Shown one piece after another: positions 1-7,051 of a stretch of DNA of 32,000 nucleotides (positions are counted from its first letter, which is position 1; every line of letters starts with the position of its first letter). A program made the translations under genes and the position numbers. The DNA lies in contig JANQNC010000001.1 of assembly GCA_028279745.1 (NCBI GenBank), positions 330,001 through 362,000 on the forward strand, given 5' to 3'. A model generated the notes under the pieces. It was given only the letters and a program-made list of their open reading frames with translations. It was not told where the DNA came from and did no database searches. This DNA comes from Candidatus Nanoarchaeia archaeon. Lineage in GTDB: Archaea; Nanobdellota; Nanobdellia; Woesearchaeales; JANQNC01.

Positions 1-491
1 CAAACGGGTTTTGAGTACATCAAAGGTTTTTTGCCTCTTAATAAGTCATCAATAAACCCAAGAATCTCTTTTTTATCTGGAGGACAGCCTTGGATGTAAT
101 AATCTACTTTAACATATTTGTCAACAGGACTTGGATCAACATCCGTAATCTCTAAAGCTTTATGGTAAATTAATGGTTGAATGTTTTCAGGAGGTGTGAA
201 GTTTCTTAATGCTGGAACTCCTCCAGTAGTTGCACACGCACCTAAAGCTATGAAAATATCACATTGATCTCTGATCTTTTTTACCATCTCTTCATCGTGC
301 TTAGATGTAACAACCCCTTCAAAGAAAACAATGTCTAAATGCCCGTCATACACTTTTTCTTTAATGAACGGAAAACTTTTTACATCTATCTTTTCTAAAA
401 CTCCCAATAACTCTTCCTCGTTAAATATAACTGAAAGTAGACAACCTTGACATCCTGTCACGCTATAAAATCCTACTTTAGGCTTAGTCAT
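1..491 (-). CDS. hydD: [NiFe]-hydrogenase small (delta) subunit, group-3b sulfhydrogenase-like; partial, C-terminus lies beyond window start
   Basis: Not in ORF track because it is truncated. Hand translation from ATG at 489-491 gives MTKPKVGFYSVTGCQGCLLSV...ALGACATTGGVPAL...YIQGCPPDK. The GCxGC, GxCAxxGG and GCPP motifs match NuoB-like hydrogenase small subunits. ATGA overlap with the upstream gamma gene, and the beta-gamma-delta order matches hydBGDA. Confidence 0.75.
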   Translation of the reverse strand, partial: MTKPKVGFYSVTGCQGCLLSVIFNEEELLGVLEKIDVKSFPFIKEKVYDGHLDIVFFEGVVTSKHDEEMVKKIRDQCDIFIALGACATTGGVPALRNFTPPENIQPLIYHKALEITDVDPSPVDKYVKVDYYIQGCPPDKKEILGFIDDLLRGKKPLMYSKPV

Positions 492-1287
492 TTTTGAAAT
501 TCTCCAGCTCATCCCATCTAAAGACAGGACCATCTAAACAAGTATATTTGCCATGAATCATGCAATGACCACACATTCCTAAAGCACATTGCATCAATCT
601 TTCAGCACTTAAGAAAATTTGTTCCGATTTGAAACCTTTTTCTTTCAGTAATCCTATTATCTTGTTGATCATGATAGGTGGACCGCAAAGGAATGCAACA
701 GTGTTTTCGCTGTTTATATCTAGTTCTTTCATCCTTTCCATCAGATAACCCGTTTTCATCTCAAAACAAGCCAGGTCATCACCTTCTTCTGCTTTGTCAA
801 CAGACATCATCAAATTGTATTTATTTTTCCATTCAGGAGTTTCTCTTCTGAATAAAACATCATGAACACTTCTATAACCGAAGAAAAGATCGATGTTTTG
901 GTAGTCTTCTCTGTTCTGGTCAACATAATCAATAATCCCTTTTAGTGGAGCAACACCACAGCCGCCACCTATGATCAAAAGGTTGTTGCCTTTTAGCTCT
1001 TGCATAGGATAACCTTTACCGTAAGGACCTCTGACCCATATCTCGTCACCTTCTTTTAGCTTTCCAAGACTGTTTGTTACTGAGCCAATCTCTCTAACGT
1101 TTAGTTTCATGTGATCTTTTGAATATGAACAGATAGAGATCGGAGCTTCACCAATACCTGGGAGAGATACTTGAATGAACTGACCTGGTTCGTGGTCAGT
1201 TTTGAAATCTATCACGATAGAGAAATTATCAGGGCTTTCTCTATAAAATTCTAAAATTTTTACCTTTTGTGGGATGTAGTCATTCAT
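484..1287 (-). CDS. hydG: Sulfhydrogenase gamma-like subunit (FAD/NAD(P)-binding oxidoreductase with C-terminal 2Fe-2S site)
   Basis: 267 aa. Ferredoxin-reductase-like fold signature (GGGCGVAPL) and C-terminal CALGMCGHC...C cluster motif. Overlaps the beta and delta genes by 4-8 nt. Confidence 0.75.
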   Translation of the reverse strand: MNDYIPQKVKILEFYRESPDNFSIVIDFKTDHEPGQFIQVSLPGIGEAPISICSYSKDHMKLNVREIGSVTNSLGKLKEGDEIWVRGPYGKGYPMQELKGNNLLIIGGGCGVAPLKGIIDYVDQNREDYQNIDLFFGYRSVHDVLFRRETPEWKNKYNLMMSVDKAEEGDDLACFEMKTGYLMERMKELDINSENTVAFLCGPPIMINKIIGLLKEKGFKSEQIFLSAERLMQCALGMCGHCMIHGKYTCLDGPVFRWDELENFKND

Positions 1288-2264
1288 TTTTTAGCTTCCT
1301 TCTTCATTTCATTAATTTTAGTTACAAAGTCTATCTTTGTAGGACAGTGTCTTATGCATCTGCCACATCCAGTGCATAAAGTTTTTCCAAACTTATCTTT
1401 AAAGTATTGGAGTTGGTGATAAATTCTATGTTTGAACCTGTCAATCTGAGCTTTTCTGAAAATATGATCTCCTGCAACCCTGCTGAAACATTCAAGCTGG
1501 CATTCTGAAAGGAATCTTTTCTTCTCCACAGAACCGTCTTGTTTAGGAACATCTCTAAACTCAAAACAGAAACAGGTAGGACATAAAGCATTACATTGAC
1601 CACATGCAAGGCAGTCTTTAACTAAAGCACTCCAACCTCTGTTGTTGGTGTAAATATCGTCTATGTCATGAGAATCTAACTTAAGCTGATTATCTATTTC
1701 CTTATCTTCTTTGGTCATCTTGTAATCAGACTCTTCAAACAAGTCTTGATTATCTTTTATTATGGTTTTACCTTTATCAGAACCTACTTCAACCAAATAG
1801 TGATCTGCTCTCTTGTAAAAGAAAAGATCATATTCAACTTCTAAGTCAACCGATTGGCAGAAACAATATTCATCACCACATTGTTTCTGATGATATCCAA
1901 AAAGAGTTACTTTTTTTCTTCTTTCGTTATAATAAGGATCTGCATATTTGTTGTTCATGGCGATATCATGCTTCTTGATTGATGCCAAGTCACACATTCT
2001 AAGTCCTAATAATATCTTTTCTTTAATCTTGGATAAATCTGGTTCAACCACTTCACCCTCTTTATGGGTAAGGATAAGTTCTCCTTGTTTTAGGAAATTA
2101 TTTTTTGCTGTGTATTCAGTCAGCACATCTGCGTTAAATTCTTCCGCACTTTTTAGCTTTTCAAAAGAGGACACTTTACCTTTTACGGGCGCAAAAACAT
2201 CAGTCTTTTGTATTAGAGAATCTAAGAATTTGTTGTAGTTCTCAAAACTAATCGCGTATACCAT
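1284..2264 (-). CDS. hydB: Sulfhydrogenase beta-like subunit (4Fe-4S dicluster protein, AsrA/HydB family)
   Basis: 326 aa with two ferredoxin-type motifs (CLACGQCNALCPTC and CTGCGRCIRHCP). First gene of the beta-gamma-delta operon. Confidence 0.7.
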   Translation of the reverse strand: MVYAISFENYNKFLDSLIQKTDVFAPVKGKVSSFEKLKSAEEFNADVLTEYTAKNNFLKQGELILTHKEGEVVEPDLSKIKEKILLGLRMCDLASIKKHDIAMNNKYADPYYNERRKKVTLFGYHQKQCGDEYCFCQSVDLEVEYDLFFYKRADHYLVEVGSDKGKTIIKDNQDLFEESDYKMTKEDKEIDNQLKLDSHDIDDIYTNNRGWSALVKDCLACGQCNALCPTCFCFEFRDVPKQDGSVEKKRFLSECQLECFSRVAGDHIFRKAQIDRFKHRIYHQLQYFKDKFGKTLCTGCGRCIRHCPTKIDFVTKINEMKKEAKK

Positions 2265-2390
2265 GATAAACCCCTTTTTAGTTGTTTTTTATATTTGGGA
2301 TTTATAAAGGTTTCTCCTTAACAGACTGTACCAGTTTAGGAAAAGCTTTTAAACATCTTTTCATAGAATTGGTATATTGAGGTGATCAAT

Positions 2391-2780
2391 ATGAAAAAAA
2401 CATTAATGATACTGTCTGTGTTCTTATTGGCTTTATCTGTAGTTATTGCGCCGCCCCCGCCTGAAGTGGTGGACTGTAGTGAGTTAATCCCTACAGAAGA
2501 TTGCGGACTATACTATGGCGACCTAGAAAATCCAAATCCGAATAACCCCACAGCAGACCCTGCTGTTTGTGAAGCACACTATGAAGCAACTCTTAATCCT
2601 GAGAGACCATGTAAATGGTTCCAATTTGAGTGCCATCCTGCTTTTGGGGGATTAGTTGATAATGAGATCTGTTCATTCCCAGAACCCGCTGCAGAAGTTC
2701 CAGAATTTGGACCGGGAGCAATAGCTGCAATAGTTATAGTTGCACTGGTGGCAGGATTTGTCTTTGTAAAGAGAAAATAA
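2391..2780 (+). CDS. Small secreted Cys-rich protein with PEF-CTERM-like C-terminal sorting signal
   Basis: GAGGTGA SD at 2379-2385, 5 nt before the ATG at 2391; the track start at 2382 is a GTG inside the SD. N-terminal signal peptide MKKTLMILSVFLLALSVV. Six Cys in the mature part. C-terminus is VPEFGPG + hydrophobic helix + KRK. Confidence 0.7.
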   Translation: MKKTLMILSVFLLALSVVIAPPPPEVVDCSELIPTEDCGLYYGDLENPNPNNPTADPAVCEAHYEATLNPERPCKWFQFECHPAFGGLVDNEICSFPEPAAEVPEFGPGAIAAIVIVALVAGFVFVKRK

Positions 2781-2804
2781 ACTTTTTATTTTTGTTTTTT
2801 ATTT

Positions 2805-4004
2805 CTACAACAACCCTTTAAGGTTATCATTAAAGAAATCAATAACTTTCTTGCAATCCTCTTCAGAGTTGTACAAGTATGATGAGAACCTAACTGCACC
2901 TGGCAGATTATGCTTATTAAACCAAGAATGGACACAGAATGCACCAGATCTTACCATTATATTATGAGAGTTAAGCATCAAAGCTATCTCATGCGGGTCA
3001 ACTTTTTCTGAATAGAAACTTAAAACACCTCCTCGCTTTTCTGGATCTGTGTTACCTATCATATTGATTGGGAAACTTTTAAGTCCTTCAGTTAACATTT
3101 TGTTAAGCTTGATCTCATGTGAGTGAATGTTGTTCATACCAATCTTTTTTAGGTAGTCTGTTGCTGCACCAAAACCAATCATTCCAGAATAGTTTTGAAG
3201 GCCTGCTTCAAACTTATGAGGTATTCCCTCTAAATCATAACTATCATATCTTGAATCAGTTACGGTTTCACCCCCCAACAAGAATGTGTTAAGATTGTTT
3301 AGTTCTTCTTCTTTTCCATACAACATACCAATACCTGAAGGACCAAGCATCTTGTGGCCTGAACAAGCCAAGAAATCAACATCCATCTTTTTAACATTAA
3401 GCTCGGTGTGAGGTGCTGACTGTGCAGCATCGACCAAAACTTTAGCTCCTGCATCGTGTGCTATCTTAGTTATCTCTTTAAGTGGAGCAGACATTCCATC
3501 AAGATTTGCTGAATGAGTTATTGAGACTAATCTTACATTACCTTCATGTATAAGTTTTTCAAAATTCTCTATACTGAACGAGTTATCCTCATTTGATTCG
3601 GCAATCTTGTAATCAATTTCGCCATCATCTTTTAGCCTTATCCAAGGCAACAAGTTTGAATTGTGTTCTTTGTCTCCTGTGATCACAACACCTCCTTTGA
3701 TGTTTAATGAGTTTGCAACTAGGTTAATTCCTTCAGTTGTGTTTCTAGTAAAAATGATCTCTTTATCTTTCTTAGCTCCGAAGAATTTTGAAAGTTTCTT
3801 TCTTGCCTCTTCCACATTACTGGTTGCTTCTTCACCTAAAGAATGCATGCTTCTACCAACACAGCCGGAATACTCATAATAATACTCATTAGTCTTGTCT
3901 ACCACCTGTTTTGGTTTTAATGACATACATGCAGAATCAAAATAAATTAAGTCTTTCTTATTTTCAAATATTGGGAAATCTTCTTTGATCTTGTTTATGT
4001 TCAA
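2805..4004 (-). CDS. Cysteine desulfurase / class V PLP-dependent aminotransferase (SufS/CsdA-like)
   Basis: 399 aa. PLP-lysine motif SGHKMLGPSGIGMLYG and C-terminal RSGAFCVHSW loop resembling the SufS active-site Cys loop. Confidence 0.8.
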   Translation of the reverse strand: MNINKIKEDFPIFENKKDLIYFDSACMSLKPKQVVDKTNEYYYEYSGCVGRSMHSLGEEATSNVEEARKKLSKFFGAKKDKEIIFTRNTTEGINLVANSLNIKGGVVITGDKEHNSNLLPWIRLKDDGEIDYKIAESNEDNSFSIENFEKLIHEGNVRLVSITHSANLDGMSAPLKEITKIAHDAGAKVLVDAAQSAPHTELNVKKMDVDFLACSGHKMLGPSGIGMLYGKEEELNNLNTFLLGGETVTDSRYDSYDLEGIPHKFEAGLQNYSGMIGFGAATDYLKKIGMNNIHSHEIKLNKMLTEGLKSFPINMIGNTDPEKRGGVLSFYSEKVDPHEIALMLNSHNIMVRSGAFCVHSWFNKHNLPGAVRFSSYLYNSEEDCKKVIDFFNDNLKGLL

Positions 4005-4921
4005 TCTAACAACCTCTTATACACTCTGTATGGTTTGGGGCCAACTACTGGTTCACCATTTACAAACACTAAAGGTGTTCCATATATATTAGTTTTTAAT
4101 AGTTCCTCAAATTGCTTGACTCTAAGCTCATTTATTTCTGTTGAGTTCATACATTCTTGTATTTTTGACTTATCAAGACCTACACTTTCTACAATGTCAA
4201 GTACTTCGTTAACATCACCTATTTTGACAGCGTCTGCCTTGAAAATGATATCATTAAACTCTTTAAGTTTGTCAGGGTCTGCACCATACACACAGTTGCT
4301 TATGTCAGTTACATGATCAGACTCACCTTTAACAGGGAAATGTGCAAAAGTGAATTCAACATCCTCCCTATCCCTAAGCTTCACGATATTATCATAAGCA
4401 TCTCTAGTATACTCACAATGATAACAGCCAATAAAGACAACTTCGTTCTTTGCACCAAGATTGTAGTGAGGGAACAAAGCAAGATTAACACCTTCTAAAG
4501 TTAGCTCTTTCTCTATTGTAGGATCTACAACACAAACATCTTCCACACTTGAAACCTTAGAGTTTGATCCCGTAGGGTCAAAGATGCAAAAACCGTCCTC
4601 TTGAGGTCCATTACAGTTGCCATAAGCATAAAAGTTGTATCCCGCGATTGCTGTTGCAACCATACTCCATATAAATAATGCTGTGAATAACCATGACATA
4701 ATCTGGAAATGTTTGAAAACAAACCTTCCTGTCTTTGGGGAGAACTTCAATAGTTTTCCAACTATCTGAGATTTAAGTTTTGTATCCAAACCAGTCTGAC
4801 ACTTTCTAAAAGTGATCTTTCTAAAGACACAGTCAAACGCTTCCCATGCTATCTTCCTGTGAGTAGCGCTAAAAATACCCATAACACCAAACACAAACAT
4901 AGCTACAAAACATAATACCAT
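4001..4921 (-). CDS. Membrane protein: N-terminal 2-TM Cys-containing module fused to an extracytoplasmic DsbA/thioredoxin-like domain
   Basis: 306 aa. Two predicted TM helices flank a K/R-rich loop (DCVFRKITFRKC). This is followed by CNGPQEDGFC and a thioredoxin-fold domain with CYHC and a C-terminal GTPLVFVNG motif. 4-nt overlap with the downstream cysteine desulfurase. Confidence 0.6.
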   Translation of the reverse strand: MVLCFVAMFVFGVMGIFSATHRKIAWEAFDCVFRKITFRKCQTGLDTKLKSQIVGKLLKFSPKTGRFVFKHFQIMSWLFTALFIWSMVATAIAGYNFYAYGNCNGPQEDGFCIFDPTGSNSKVSSVEDVCVVDPTIEKELTLEGVNLALFPHYNLGAKNEVVFIGCYHCEYTRDAYDNIVKLRDREDVEFTFAHFPVKGESDHVTDISNCVYGADPDKLKEFNDIIFKADAVKIGDVNEVLDIVESVGLDKSKIQECMNSTEINELRVKQFEELLKTNIYGTPLVFVNGEPVVGPKPYRVYKRLLD

Positions 4922-4972
4922 TTAATCCCCTCAACCTAAAAAGCTTAGAATTTTATATATAAACGTTTCTGT

Positions 4973-5686
4973 TTATGAGTAGTTTTTCTCTTTATTCATC
5001 TGTTCCTGCTTAGCTTGAACATACACAATTTCAGCTTTAACAGTCATATCGATCAAAGTTCTCATGAACTTTCTGACAAGATCTGGTTTGTTAAGATCAT
5101 ATTTTTCAGATGTATTAACAGCAGCTGCAATCCCCTTCTTCTCCACTTCAGGCACTACCAAAGCTTCTTTCATCTCTTCTTCAGTATCCGCATAAAGAAG
5201 TGAAGGGTTATTTTGAATCTTCCACTCAGCAACACACCTGCCGATTCCAGTTATCCTTTCATTGTAAAGAAGAATGTTATTTGAGTCACATTTGACAGTT
5301 TCACCATACTGCTCAATATCTTCTCCAGGTTCACAAAGATAATGCAGGATACTCAGATACTCTTTTATGATTTCTTTGTCCAGCCCAAGATCAACAGGTA
5401 AAACTCCTTTTGTTGATTTTACTTCTCTTATAATTTTTGAAGGAGCCAAGTCAGTAACCTTAAATAATACCGGTTGGTTTTCTGGAAAAAGATGTTTTCC
5501 ATGCCTAGAATCTACACTTTGATCAAACCTCAATCGGTCTTCAAGCCAACTCTCTCCAGTATCTGCAAAGTCGTTCAAATAAAGAGACCCGTTCTGTTTG
5601 TATCTTGATCTGTCTTTAAGGCCAGAGATAATTCTGTCATTCATCTGACGCATCTGAACTCTTAAATCATCGATATCGATCTTCAT
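4973..5686 (-). CDS. Chorismate mutase-like protein, long eukaryotic-type AroQ architecture
   Basis: 237 aa. N-terminal DDLRVQMRQMNDRIISGLKDRSRY resembles the AroQ helix-1 motif. By-eye collinearity with yeast ARO7-type CM, including ...ERITGIGRCVAEWK... versus ...RRIHFGKFVAEAK.... Confidence 0.45.
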   Translation of the reverse strand: MKIDIDDLRVQMRQMNDRIISGLKDRSRYKQNGSLYLNDFADTGESWLEDRLRFDQSVDSRHGKHLFPENQPVLFKVTDLAPSKIIREVKSTKGVLPVDLGLDKEIIKEYLSILHYLCEPGEDIEQYGETVKCDSNNILLYNERITGIGRCVAEWKIQNNPSLLYADTEEEMKEALVVPEVEKKGIAAAVNTSEKYDLNKPDLVRKFMRTLIDMTVKAEIVYVQAKQEQMNKEKNYS

Positions 5687-5749
5687 TTTGACAAAGAAAT
5701 AGCTTGCCCTTTATAAATCTTTCTATATGTACTCACTCCCCAGTGGTTA

Positions 5750-6445
5750 TTAAACTCTAATCTCAACCTTTTCAAAATAGGGCTTGAGCATATCTTTGAT
5801 ATCCTTTAATTCATCTTCAGAATAAGTACGTTCATCAAGCAAAGAATCATCAATCATACCTTGCACAGGTCTAAATTGCTGTAAACAATACTTCTTAGCA
5901 CCATCTAACCATTTGCATATCTCAATAAAATCGTCTCTTGAGATAAAACAAGGAGCTGCAGTGGTCCTAAATTCATAATCTACCTTGCTTTTCATGATCA
6001 TTTCTACAGACTTCTTTATCTTTTCAACATCAAACTTAACTTTGGTGGTTTGCTCATAATGTTTTGGAGAATTCTTAATATCCATCGCAATAAAATCCAA
6101 TAAGTTTTGGTCAATCAAACTTTTTAGCATTTCAGGATTGGTGCCATTAGTGTCTAGCTTGACCTTAAGACCTAACTCTTTGATCTTTTTGATAAAATCT
6201 GGCAGGTCTTTATACATTGTTGGTTCGCCACCACTTATTACAACCCCTTCAATCAGCTTGCTCCTCCTTTTGATCAGATCAAGGATCTTTTTCTCATCCA
6301 ACTCTTCAAGATCTGGAGAATTCTCAACTAAAGACTTGTTATAACAAAAAGGACACCTAAAAGTGCATCCCGCAGTAAAGACTAGTGCAGAAATATGTCC
6401 TGGGTAGTCCAGCAATGTTGTCGGTTGAAATCCTTTAATTATCAT
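5750..6445 (-). CDS. nrdG: Anaerobic ribonucleotide reductase activating enzyme (radical SAM)
   Basis: 231 aa. CTFRCPFCYN radical-SAM CxxxCxxC motif and GGEP SAM-binding motif. Last gene of the nrdD operon. Confidence 0.85.
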   Translation of the reverse strand: MIIKGFQPTTLLDYPGHISALVFTAGCTFRCPFCYNKSLVENSPDLEELDEKKILDLIKRRSKLIEGVVISGGEPTMYKDLPDFIKKIKELGLKVKLDTNGTNPEMLKSLIDQNLLDFIAMDIKNSPKHYEQTTKVKFDVEKIKKSVEMIMKSKVDYEFRTTAAPCFISRDDFIEICKWLDGAKKYCLQQFRPVQGMIDDSLLDERTYSEDELKDIKDMLKPYFEKVEIRV

Positions 6446-6504
6446 CTTTTATGGGTAAATTTGGCTAAAATAAAAACCTTTGGAATACAAATAATAAAAA
6501 AGAA

Positions 6505-6750
6505 TTAATTATCCAGCACTTCTTCAACTTCGTCAATGTCGTGTGCTGTTGCAACCTCGTTGTCATCCTCATCAAAGAAAACAACTGTCGGAACACCCAT
6601 AACGTTGTAAGTCTTAGCTTCTTCCATACCCTCAGGAGAGGTAGCATCGATAATAACTTTATCAATGCCATCTACGCCTTCAAGGTATTGTTTCATGCTT
6701 CCGCACTTAACACAGGTTGGTGTCGTAAAGACCTTGCATTTCTTTATCAT
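6505..6750 (-). CDS. Glutaredoxin/NrdH-like small redoxin
   Basis: 81 aa. TTPTCVKCGSMKQYL (CxxC) and GVPTVV cis-Pro motif of the thioredoxin fold. Sits between the glycyl-radical ORF and nrdG. Confidence 0.75.
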   Translation of the reverse strand: MIKKCKVFTTPTCVKCGSMKQYLEGVDGIDKVIIDATSPEGMEEAKTYNVMGVPTVVFFDEDDNEVATAHDIDEVEEVLDN

Positions 6751-6753
6751 TCT

Positions 6754-6999
6754 CTAATAGTTCGTTATCTTCTGAGCCATAGCGGAAGGTTTTCCAAGTT
6801 TTCCAAATTCGCTACCAACAGATTTGCATTCTTTGAACTCAGATCTATCTTTAAACTCTTCTTTCTTTCCTAAGTTCCAGTTTTGGACTGGCCTATGGTA
6901 CCCTACCACTCTACTAAAGACTTCGCATCTTTTTCCGCAGCCTTCTTTACTGTCTGCGCTTTTTGTCTGTTCTACTTTCTCTTTTTTTTCTTCAGCCAT
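6754..6999 (-). CDS. Free-standing NrdD C-terminal glycyl-radical domain
   Basis: 81 aa. CGKRCEVFSRVVGYHRPVQNWNLGKKEEFKDR matches the NrdD C-terminal signature (CxxC...EVySRvvGY...WNxGKxxEfxxR). Own SD GAGGTGA (7004-7010), 4 nt before the ATG. Confidence 0.75.
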   Translation of the reverse strand: MAEEKKEKVEQTKSADSKEGCGKRCEVFSRVVGYHRPVQNWNLGKKEEFKDRSEFKECKSVGSEFGKLGKPSAMAQKITNY

Positions 7000-7051
7000 T
7001 TTTTCACCTCTTTAGGTCCAGAAACACTTTGTTGTGCTTCTTACCTCTAAC

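Noticed and set aside
1352-4722. Short nested ORFs (1352-1609, 1948-2238, 3661-3879, 4035-4316, 4313-4498, 4525-4722)
   Set aside because: They are nested inside or antisense to hydB, the cysteine desulfurase and the DsbA-fusion gene. They show no independent signals.
6465-6873. ORFs 6465-6671 (-) and 6541-6873 (+) overlapping the redoxin and glycyl-radical genes
   Set aside because: They are alternative-frame or antisense shadows of two ORFs with clear family signatures, and they have no motifs of their own.
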